Assembly: GCA_002418185.1 (NCBI GenBank)
Contig: DIDN01000022.1
Location: forward strand, 1 to 63,393
Direction of reading: 5' to 3'
DNA length: 63,393 nt
Source: Deltaproteobacteria bacterium UBA5799
GTDB lineage: Bacteria > Desulfobacterota > GWC2-55-46
Shown: positions 26,541 through 34,058 of the stretch, in pieces
Layout: each line of letters opens with the position of its first letter
How positions within the stretch are numbered: position 1 is the stretch's first letter
The notes under the pieces: model-generated
What the model was told of the DNA's origin: nothing
Database searches by the model: none
What the model saw: only the letters and a program-made list of their open reading frames with translations
Position numbers and translations under genes: made by a program

Positions 26541-26569
26541 TTGACGGACAGGAAGAGACATATTAATAT
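26541..26569 (+). promoter_or_regulatory. sigma70-type promoter upstream of tRNA-Asn
   Basis: TTGACG-N17-TAATAT (26541-26546 and 26564-26569), ~55 nt upstream of the tRNA 5' end. Confidence 0.4.
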
Positions 26570-26622
26570 TAATAGCTTATGTCCCCCGCAAAACCAGGGA
26601 CGAGCCTTTTCATTAACATATT

Positions 26623-26698
<76 letters not shown>

Positions 26699-26705
26699 TA
26701 AAATC

Positions 26706-26738
26706 AAGGGGTTAGCCGATTTTGGGCTGCCCCTTTTT
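26706..26738 (+). terminator. hairpin + T-run after tRNA-Asn (possibly bidirectional with the helicase gene)
   Basis: aagggg-tt-agcc...ggct-g-cccctt followed by ttttc. On the other strand the same stem is followed by gatttt. Confidence 0.5.
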
Positions 26739-26783
26739 CATTGGACTGTCCTAAATTTGTGCTTTAACGTCGCTTATCGCAGG

Positions 26784-29700
26784 TCATCCCCCTCTCCGAT
26801 TATCTTCGAACATGTCGACTGGCATTGGATGCCGTAATTTCCAGACCATCTTTATAGGCCGCTCGCTTTCGTAGCTGACACGATCTGCCGGTCCAAGATA
26901 AGTAAACGGCACTGTGGTGCCGTTCCGTTTTTTCTGATCACGCGCAAAGATAAGGATCGTGTAGCCGCGCTGTTCATGATGAACCAGGTTCTGACCTGTC
27001 ACAGATTGTTGGGACGTATTGGATTGCGATTCCCAGTGGAGCAATTCGCGGCTGACAGGATAGTCGGCGTACATTGTGCTTGGTGAGAACTCGCGCTCTG
27101 TTTTCTGATAAGTGACCAGAAGGGCATACGCCTTGATGTTCGGAAAATGAAAAACCCCGACTCCTCTCTGCCCCGCTGAATCGAGGGTTGCCTGTCCTGA
27201 GGCAGCCAGAATGTCCACGCTGCCGTATTGAGCGTGCAATTCGAATGGACAGGCAAAAGGGAGGTCGGGAATCATACCGCTGACTGGCGTATCTTCCTCA
27301 GACCACGCAAGGATTTCATCCAGGTCTGAAAGAATTGAAGGGTTTCGGGAGAGCCGCACAAACGCGTCTTCAAGAGACGTTATCCCTAAATTGCCGCCTT
27401 TATCGGCCCAGAGGCGATAATACACCGATATGGCAGAATTTCCGGCGAGCTTAAGAGCATCTGCAATGGCACGCCTGGCTATTCTGCTCGTAACCTTGCG
27501 CAGTAAAGCGATTTCCCTTGGACCACTGACAGATGCCACCCTGATAAGTGCCTTTTTGAGCCGGGCAATATCCGGGTCTGTCGGTATGGGTGCCTTTTGC
27601 GCCCTAGCCTTCCACCCTGACCATGTTTCACTCGCAAGAAGCCTCTCGGGCTCGTAATCGTGGTATCTCACGAAATTTCCAAAGGTCAACTCCTGGCCCG
27701 TTTCGCTTGTGAAGGTTTGAATCCGCTCTGGTACCTGAACAGCCAGTCTGCCGAGATTCTCCCTGATGTTTTCGAGGACATACTGTCGCGAGAGACGATC
27801 GAGCTGAATGGAGCAGCCGGCCGGAAGATGAGGAAAATCGAGTTCGACCTCACGGTCGATGGGGAAGCGGTGACGAGGTAATAAGGCCTTCAGCTTGGTA
27901 TCAATCCTGTAACGCCTATGCGCCTGGCCGACAAAGTCGAGTACCATGAGACAGTCTTTACCTGGAGCGTGCCGCAGCCCCCTCCCCAACTGCTGGAGAA
28001 ATATGGTCAGGCTCTCCGTGGGTCGTAGAAATAGGACCGTGTTCACCTCTGGGACGTCGACACCCTCGCTGAGCTTGTCAACAGTAAAGAGGAACGTAAG
28101 TCGACCATCTTTTAGTTGAGCCAGCAACTCCTGGCATCGAGCATCGTCCACGCCTGACACGAATGCCCCTGAAGGGATGCCTTGCTTGCTGAACATTTCA
28201 GCCATGAACATGGCGTGCTTGATGGAAACGCAGAAGCCGATCCCCTTGATCGCTTCACGGTCGGGTTCGTAACGGTCAAGGGCCTTAAGAATTGCGTCAA
28301 TGCGCTGCCGCGCCAAAATGTGCGCACCGGTGTAGACTTTTTCCAGCGCGGCTGCATCATACCTGCCATTGCGCCAGAACCTGTCCTGGTTGATTGCGAC
28401 GGGGTCGGCAACGCCGAAATAATGAAAAGGGCAAAGCAATTTTTCTTCCAGGGCCTCGGGCAGGCGAATCTCAGCGGCAAAGCGGTTGCCGAAGTCGGCA
28501 GCCACGTTGTCTCCGTCCATCCTTTCCGGCGTGGCTGTCAGGCCGAGAAGAACCTTTGGGGCAAACTGCGTGAAGATAGGACGGTAGCTGTCTGCTGTCC
28601 CATGATGGGTCTCATCCACAACGATAAAGTCATAGAAGTTTTTTCCCACCTGTTCCCACAGACGCCGGCTCGCCAGCATGCCGACTGAGCAAAACAGATG
28701 CTCCAGTCGATTGGCCTGGTAGGGGCCGACGAGCAGTTCTCCGAAATTCTGGTCACGAAGTACGTTGCTGAAGGTCGCATGAGCCTGCTGCAGAATCTCC
28801 TGGCGGTGCGCAACGAACAACAATCGGGCCTGCCTTTGCCTCTGCTCGTAGAAACGTTTGAAATCAAAGGCGGCAACGACCGTTTTTCCAGTGCCGGTAG
28901 CGGCGATAACCAGGTTTCTCCACCGGCCATGCATAGCCCTCTCTCGTTCAAGGGCTTCGAGGATGCGCTCCTGAAAGGGATGGGGGCGAAGGTCAAAAAA
29001 TACCGTCGGCCCGGCTTTTTTTGGATTACGGGCACGAGCAATAGCGGTACGGAAGTCTGTCGGATTGGCAGGGTCGAACGGAATAAACTCCCTCGAGTTC
29101 CAGTATGTCTCGAACTCAACAGAAAATTTATCGAGAATATGCGGCATGTCCTGGGCTGTAACCTTGATATTCCATTCCAGCCCGCTGGTAATCGCTGCAT
29201 GCGACATGTTGGCCGAGCCTATGTAGGCGGTGGAAAAGCCTGTTTTTCTCCTGAAATGATAGGCCTTGGCGTGAAGCCTGGTGCGCTCGGTATCATAAGA
29301 GACGCGAACCCGGACATTCGGCATCTTTGCCAGCCATTCTACGGCCGGCGAGTCTGACGCTCCCATATAGGACGTCGTGATCAGTCGCACAGGTACATGG
29401 CGGTCGCGTAAGTCTTCAAATGCCGGCATGAGAAGGCGAAGCCCTGCCCATTTTATGAACGAAACCAGGATGTCCACCTCATCAGAGGAACGCATCTCTT
29501 GCTGAAGTTCATGGGCAAGTTGCGGCTCCCTTGGAGCGCCGGTAAAAAGACTGCTTTCGACCATAGGCGTATGGGGCCTGGGGATGCCGGATGTGCCGTA
29601 ATTCGGGGGAGTGATTTCCAGAAGCACGGCCTTCTGTTTCGCGACAAGCCGATGCTTACCAAGGTGTCCTCTGTCAGGCTCGGTTGATACCTGCTCAAGA

Positions 29701-29912
29701 ATCCTGTTGCACAAGGCAAAACGCTTTTCCGGATCAGACTCTTCACGTAATGCCTGCTCAAGCACCTTCGCAACAAAAACAGAATAACGGGATGGCTGCT
29801 CTTCAGGGTCTATCTTGCCGAAAACTGACCTGAGCTCAGGATGCTGCTCGAGCGCATCGCGGAGAGATTCATCTATCAGGGCTTCGTAAATCCCGTGTGC
29901 AGGTTGCTTCAT
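26784..29912 (-). CDS. PLD-family (HKD) nuclease domain + SF2 DExH helicase + C-terminal DUF3427-like domain protein
   Basis: HKD: RLHAKAYHF..IGSANMS. Helicase motifs: ATGTGKT, DETHH, LTATPER, QQLGRGLR. The C-terminal ~150 aa (YQKTEREFSPSTMYADY..LHWESQ..IKMVWKLRHPMP) resemble DUF3427 as I recall it. Confidence 0.85.
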   Translation of the reverse strand: MKQPAHGIYEALIDESLRDALEQHPELRSVFGKIDPEEQPSRYSVFVAKVLEQALREESDPEKRFALCNRILEQVSTEPDRGHLGKHRLVAKQKAVLLEITPPNYGTSGIPRPHTPMVESSLFTGAPREPQLAHELQQEMRSSDEVDILVSFIKWAGLRLLMPAFEDLRDRHVPVRLITTSYMGASDSPAVEWLAKMPNVRVRVSYDTERTRLHAKAYHFRRKTGFSTAYIGSANMSHAAITSGLEWNIKVTAQDMPHILDKFSVEFETYWNSREFIPFDPANPTDFRTAIARARNPKKAGPTVFFDLRPHPFQERILEALERERAMHGRWRNLVIAATGTGKTVVAAFDFKRFYEQRQRQARLLFVAHRQEILQQAHATFSNVLRDQNFGELLVGPYQANRLEHLFCSVGMLASRRLWEQVGKNFYDFIVVDETHHGTADSYRPIFTQFAPKVLLGLTATPERMDGDNVAADFGNRFAAEIRLPEALEEKLLCPFHYFGVADPVAINQDRFWRNGRYDAAALEKVYTGAHILARQRIDAILKALDRYEPDREAIKGIGFCVSIKHAMFMAEMFSKQGIPSGAFVSGVDDARCQELLAQLKDGRLTFLFTVDKLSEGVDVPEVNTVLFLRPTESLTIFLQQLGRGLRHAPGKDCLMVLDFVGQAHRRYRIDTKLKALLPRHRFPIDREVELDFPHLPAGCSIQLDRLSRQYVLENIRENLGRLAVQVPERIQTFTSETGQELTFGNFVRYHDYEPERLLASETWSGWKARAQKAPIPTDPDIARLKKALIRVASVSGPREIALLRKVTSRIARRAIADALKLAGNSAISVYYRLWADKGGNLGITSLEDAFVRLSRNPSILSDLDEILAWSEEDTPVSGMIPDLPFACPFELHAQYGSVDILAASGQATLDSAGQRGVGVFHFPNIKAYALLVTYQKTEREFSPSTMYADYPVSRELLHWESQSNTSQQSVTGQNLVHHEQRGYTILIFARDQKKRNGTTVPFTYLGPADRVSYESERPIKMVWKLRHPMPVDMFEDNRRGG

Positions 29913-30325
29913 CGTTCAACAGCCCTGATTGAAAGATATGTCTCCATTACCGGCAGATCCGCCTCGGCCCAATCCAGAGATGGCAACTCTTCGGGGGTCA
30001 GCCAGACGATGGCAGCATGTTCATGCGGGGTAATCTGCCCGGACTCGATGGCACAGATGAAAGGATGGAGTGTTACTGTAAAGACAGCATAATCATGGGT
30101 GTGTGACGGCAGCAGGCGACCCACGCTTATGCGTACGCCCAACTCCTCAACAATTTCACGCCGCAGGCATTCCTGCGGTGACTCGCCGTCATTTATCTTG
30201 CCTCCGGGGAATTCCCACTTGAGCGGAAGGCTCATGGCAGAGCTTCGCTGGGCAGCCAGGATACGACCGTCTTGTTCTATGATCGCGCAGGTGACGTGGA
30301 TGTGTTTTCTGGAAGCTATGGCCAC
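29909..30325 (-). CDS. Nudix hydrolase (MutT/NudG-like (d)NTP pyrophosphohydrolase)
   Basis: Nudix box GGKINDGESPQECLRREIVEELG. GTG start with AGGAGAGG Shine-Dalgarno. Its stop overlaps the helicase start (ATGA). Confidence 0.88.
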   Translation of the reverse strand: MAIASRKHIHVTCAIIEQDGRILAAQRSSAMSLPLKWEFPGGKINDGESPQECLRREIVEELGVRISVGRLLPSHTHDYAVFTVTLHPFICAIESGQITPHEHAAIVWLTPEELPSLDWAEADLPVMETYLSIRAVER

Positions 30326-30407
30326 GGCTTGTTGCCTCTCCTGAGGTGCTTATCAGAACCCCCTGCCACCCGCTCAGAAACTTGGCCTGCTGATTATCGC
30401 ATTATCA

Positions 30408-30433
30408 GGGCGCTGGAGACGACCTCTCTCTGA
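30408..30433. repeat. 26-nt direct repeat, copy 1 (relic of an MNT gene 3' end)
   Basis: gggcgctggagacgacctctctctga. Identical to 31227-31253 apart from one extra g in copy 2. Confidence 0.8.
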
Positions 30434-30481
30434 TTAAGGGAGGCGAACATCGGCTCTCAAATCCGGATGAGATTCCTGTTC

Positions 30482-31024
30482 CTATCCGCGCCTCATTTTC
30501 TCCAATTTCTTATCGACCCTGAGCCGTTTTGCCAGCTCTGAAAGCAGAGTGAAATCGGCCCTGCCGATCTCAAGCAGCTCTTTAGCATCGAGAATATCTC
30601 TTGGACCGCCTGCCTTAAGCTTCATTGCAATGAGATACTCAATCCTGATGACCGGCACCTTTGTACCGTGGTAATCGATTTCAACAGCATCTGTTATAGC
30701 TTCATCTTCCCACTTCCTGGTCGTGATAAGCAAATCAACCGGCACATCATTATGAATGATCTTGATAAGACAAGGCACCGGGTCCAGCTGACCGCCCCTG
30801 AATATCTCGGGGCTCAATCCAAGCTCCTTGAGAGCATCAGCGAATGCATTTAGGTCATGGACGGAAGGCAGGGAAACGAGAAGGTCAATATCCTTTGTTG
30901 CGCGAGGCAGGCCCCAAGTTGAAACTGAGAGTCCGCCAACAAGCGCATACCCGGTTATAATCCTTTGCTTCTTTAATTTAGCGAGTACCTTGGCTACTCC
31001 CTTAAGGCTTTTTGCCAGAGACAC
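30482..31024 (-). CDS. nucleotidyltransferase-fold protein (AbiEii/DUF6036-like minimal NTase)
   Basis: GG.SVSTWGLPRATKDIDLLV (G-x..D-x-D NTase pattern) and LIAMKLKAGGPRDILDAKELL helical tail. GTG start. Confidence 0.65.
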   Translation of the reverse strand: MSLAKSLKGVAKVLAKLKKQRIITGYALVGGLSVSTWGLPRATKDIDLLVSLPSVHDLNAFADALKELGLSPEIFRGGQLDPVPCLIKIIHNDVPVDLLITTRKWEDEAITDAVEIDYHGTKVPVIRIEYLIAMKLKAGGPRDILDAKELLEIGRADFTLLSELAKRLRVDKKLEKMRRG

Positions 31025-31172
31025 TATTTTTTGCCTCCTTGCCTGCTTTCAAAAGATCAAGGCAAAAATCAGAAAGCTTTGCAGCCAGATCGAGTTTTTC
31101 TGACGGGTTAAGTTTTTTTATCTCCTCAAGCTCCTTCTGCCTGCTTCTCTCAATTGTAAGTGATTTCGCCAT
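31002..31172 (-). CDS. small helical protein (56 aa), candidate partner/antitoxin of the downstream NTase
   Basis: Not in the ORF track (under 60 aa). ATG at 31172 with a GAGGA Shine-Dalgarno 9 nt upstream. Sequence: MAKSLTIERSRQKELEEIKKLNPSEKLDLAAKLSDFCLDLLKAGKEAKNSVSGKKP. Overlaps the NTase start by 23 nt. Confidence 0.45.
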   Translation of the reverse strand: MAKSLTIERSRQKELEEIKKLNPSEKLDLAAKLSDFCLDLLKAGKEAKNSVSGKKP

Positions 31173-31203
31173 TTCTTATTTCCTCATATGCCTATGTGTG
31201 AGG

Positions 31204-31515
31204 TCATCTTTCCGCATACTCTGTCCGGGCGCTGGAGACGACCTCGTCTCTGAAATACCTGCTGAGCTCGTTAGGGGTGCGTAAGTCCACTTTCCGACCA
31301 AGGATATCCGATAGCTCAAGCTCCATGTGCGAGAGCCCAAAAAAGCCTGGTCCCATGCCGGGGATAAAATCGACCAACACGTCCACATCATCGCTTTCCG
31401 GGCTGAAATCCTCCCTGAGAACGGAGCCGAAAAAGGAAAGCTTCCTTATATGCTGCTTCCTGCAAAACTCCGCTACCTTTTCCTGCGGGGTATTTATTTT
31501 TATTTCTTTATTCAT
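31204..31515 (-). CDS. MNT-type minimal nucleotidyltransferase (antitoxin of HEPN-MNT modules), no HEPN partner present
   Basis: KLSFFGSVLREDFSPESDDVDVLVDF (GS..R....SD.D motif). 103 aa. Confidence 0.8.
   Translation of the reverse strand: MNKEIKINTPQEKVAEFCRKQHIRKLSFFGSVLREDFSPESDDVDVLVDFIPGMGPGFFGLSHMELELSDILGRKVDLRTPNELSRYFRDEVVSSARTEYAER
31227..31253. repeat. 27-nt direct repeat, copy 2 (inside the MNT 3' end)
   Basis: gggcgctggagacgacctcgtctctga, encoding ..RDEVVSSAR of MNT. Copy 1 lies 819 bp away. Confidence 0.8.
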
Positions 31516-31557
31516 AGCCAGCCCACAATCACCCGAGGAATCCGCAAGTTATGTTTA

Positions 31558-31585
31558 ATTTTAGTGATTTTACATTAAAAATCAA
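31558..31585 (-). promoter_or_regulatory. sigma70-type promoter for the MNT/NTase cassette
   Basis: Minus strand reads TTGATT-N16-TAAAAT (31580-31585 and 31558-31563), ~45 nt upstream of the MNT ATG. Confidence 0.4.
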
Positions 31586-31615
31586 GGTATATCGGGGAGG
31601 GGAGGCTTCCGAGGA

Positions 31616-32155
31616 CTACTCGCTCGCAGACAGGCTCTTAAACGCCGCGAGCTGTTCCGCCGGATCTCCCAGCTTAATGATGGGTCTAAGCGATCGCTCC
31701 GTGACCACCGGCTTCCTGATGGTCTCCGGCATGGAAAGGATATACTTCTGGATATCCGACGGGAGATTAAGAAGGTCCATTATCTGAGTTACGCGAGGAC
31801 GCGAGAAGCCCTCGCGACTGGCTATCTTTGCTTGCGTAGTCCCACTTCCGTTATTGAGAAGTTCCTGCCACTCCAGCGCCTTCCTGAGAAGCTCTGCCAC
31901 CATTGGCAACTTGGGGATTTTTTGGTTTCTGGCAGGCTGCGTCAATAAGGAGTTAACCACCCCGCCAATCGCTGCCCTCCACTTTATGACCCCGACGTTT
32001 CCTTTCTCGAACACTCCCTTGGGGCCGAGGGTGACCTCCACGGTCTGCTCCTGAAAAAACTCGTCATCTCGCGGAGTTACATTAACAACTCGGAACCAGA
32101 CCTCAGGCTCGGCTACCTTTGGGCGATTAGTACTGCGGGAAAGGCGGGGAGCCAA
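31616..32155 (-). CDS. HTH DNA-binding protein (ParB/KorB-like helix-turn-helix), start uncertain
   Basis: TQAKIASREGFSRPRVTQIMDLLNLPSDIQKYI resembles ParB-type HTH. The annotated TTG start abuts a strong hairpin, so an internal start is possible. Confidence 0.5.
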   Translation of the reverse strand: MAPRLSRSTNRPKVAEPEVWFRVVNVTPRDDEFFQEQTVEVTLGPKGVFEKGNVGVIKWRAAIGGVVNSLLTQPARNQKIPKLPMVAELLRKALEWQELLNNGSGTTQAKIASREGFSRPRVTQIMDLLNLPSDIQKYILSMPETIRKPVVTERSLRPIIKLGDPAEQLAAFKSLSASE

Positions 32156-32156
32156 A

Positions 32157-32184
32157 CTAAACCCCTTGATTTCAAGGGGTTTAG
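32157..32184. terminator. perfect 11-bp hairpin, likely terminator of the sensor-kinase operon
   Basis: ctaaacccctt-gatttc-aaggggtttag. Followed by T-rich tracts on both strands (agtttattt and agtttgg). Confidence 0.5.
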
Positions 32185-32334
32185 TTTATTTGGACGTGGA
32201 CGCTAAACAAAACAGTATAACGCTGGCGCATGCTGTTGTCAGACTAACCCTCCTGTCAACTGGTGGAGTCCAGCCCGCACTATCCAAAATACATGTCCCG
32301 GTTTGCGCATGACTCCTTGCGCTTCCATATCCTC

Positions 32335-34029
32335 TCAAGCCAGGTCCGGAGTCAAGCACGCACGTATCTCCCTGAGTATTTCGGATAACTCGTAAGGCTT
32401 TTGCAGGAACTTAAAGCCCTTTTCCCGTATTACGGACCATTGAGATTCGATATCCAGGTATCCGCTTGTAAAGAGCACTTTCAGCTGCGGCCTCTTGGAA
32501 AGCATCTCCAGAATGAGATCGATGCCATTTTTGTCTTGTAGGATGATATCGCTGAAGACCAGGTGAAAATTTCCGTTCTCCCTTTCGAATATCTCGATTG
32601 CCTCTTGAGCATTGCTTGCCTCGAAAACCGAGTAGCATTTTTTTGTTAGTACCAATGAAAGGCTTTTGCGGAGATTTTCTTCGTCTTCGATGAGCAAAAT
32701 CCTCTCCCCGTTACCATCGCACTCCGCCTGCATGACCTTTGGCAGCATTATTTTTGCCGCTTCCGGGGATGCCGGCAGATAAGCCCTGAAGATTGTGCCA
32801 TGTCCGGGCTCGCTCGTAACGTCCAGCCACCCATTATGCTGTTTGATTATGCTATGGACGACCGCCAGGCCAAGCCCAATCCCCTCGCCCACCCTCTTTG
32901 TGGTATAAAAAGGCTCGAAAATGCGCTGCAGGACTTCTTTTTTCATGCCTGTCCCGCTGTCTTCGATAGAAAGGCTGATGAAATTACCTGACCGGAATTC
33001 ATGGGTGGCCGTTCGTTGTCTGTGGCCCATATGGGCATTTGCGGTCCTTATTATGATTTTCCCGCCTTTTGGCATGGAGTCTCTGGCATTGATGACTATG
33101 TTCATTATCAGCTGCTCAATGCTTCCCTTATCAGCCAGCGCCGGCGATAGGCCTGTTTCCAGATCAGTCTCTATTGTAATGACTTCACTGATGAGCCGGC
33201 GCAGCATATCGATCATGCCGGTGATTACGCCATTGATGTCAAGTGCGCTTATCTCTGTAGGTTGATTGCAGCTGAAAATGAGCAGTTGCCTTGTCAGGTT
33301 CCTGGCCCTGTCAGTGGATACGCGTATCTGTTCGAGATAATCGCTTATTAGAGCTGGACTTTTCTCCCGCATGGCGAGGCCGCAGTATGAGGAAATAACA
33401 GTCATCAGATTGTTAAAATCGTGGGCTATGCCGCTTGCAAGTTTTCCGATAGTTTCCATTTTTTGCGACTGCATGAACTGACGCTGTATGGCGGATTTTT
33501 CCTCTTCCGCAGCCTTTATACGCGTAATGTCGGTAATGGCTATCCGGAAGGAGGCGCCGTCCGCGTCCGTGATAGGCATTATCATGACCTGCACGGGCGT
33601 GTGGCCTGAACCGGACGACAGACGGATCTCCACTATGTCGCTCTGGTTGGTTTTGGCGCACTGGGCAAGGTATTTTCTAAAAGCGGCAATGCTTTCGTCG
33701 TCAATATAACTGGTTATGTGGAACCCCGAAAGGCGGGAGCGCTCGACGCCTAACATGGATGCGCCCGTGAGGTTGACCTCCCTGATGCAGCCGTTTGCAT
33801 CGAGGGTCATGTATCCCACCGGGGCAAAATCGTACAGGTCGGCATACCTGTCGCGCGACTCCTCGAGCCGTTGCTGCGTCGACTTGAGTTCCTGGTTCTG
33901 CATCTCAAGTTCGGCCTGATGGACCTGAAGGTCGTTAAGAAGCCTTGCCGTGTCGACGACCGGCTCCGCGCCACTGCTCTCAAGCAGGCCGATAAGCTCG
34001 TTCCTCGTCATTTTCTCGTAGGACGGCAT
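32335..34029 (-). CDS. hybrid sensor histidine kinase (coiled coil + PAS + HisKA + HATPase + REC)
   Basis: LQVHQAELEMQNQEL leader, H-box GIAHDFNNLMTVI, ATPase DSGTGM..GIGLGLAVV, receiver ILLIEDEENLR...FSDIIL. Confidence 0.9.
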   Translation of the reverse strand: MPSYEKMTRNELIGLLESSGAEPVVDTARLLNDLQVHQAELEMQNQELKSTQQRLEESRDRYADLYDFAPVGYMTLDANGCIREVNLTGASMLGVERSRLSGFHITSYIDDESIAAFRKYLAQCAKTNQSDIVEIRLSSGSGHTPVQVMIMPITDADGASFRIAITDITRIKAAEEEKSAIQRQFMQSQKMETIGKLASGIAHDFNNLMTVISSYCGLAMREKSPALISDYLEQIRVSTDRARNLTRQLLIFSCNQPTEISALDINGVITGMIDMLRRLISEVITIETDLETGLSPALADKGSIEQLIMNIVINARDSMPKGGKIIIRTANAHMGHRQRTATHEFRSGNFISLSIEDSGTGMKKEVLQRIFEPFYTTKRVGEGIGLGLAVVHSIIKQHNGWLDVTSEPGHGTIFRAYLPASPEAAKIMLPKVMQAECDGNGERILLIEDEENLRKSLSLVLTKKCYSVFEASNAQEAIEIFERENGNFHLVFSDIILQDKNGIDLILEMLSKRPQLKVLFTSGYLDIESQWSVIREKGFKFLQKPYELSEILREIRACLTPDLA

Positions 34030-34058
34030 ATTCCCTCCCGGTGATGGAACCCTAAAGG

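Noticed and set aside
31002-31172. The 56-aa ORF as a truncated HEPN toxin belonging to the upstream MNT.
   Set aside because: It has no R-x4-H HEPN motif and is far shorter than DUF86 proteins. It reads like a small helical partner of the downstream NTase.
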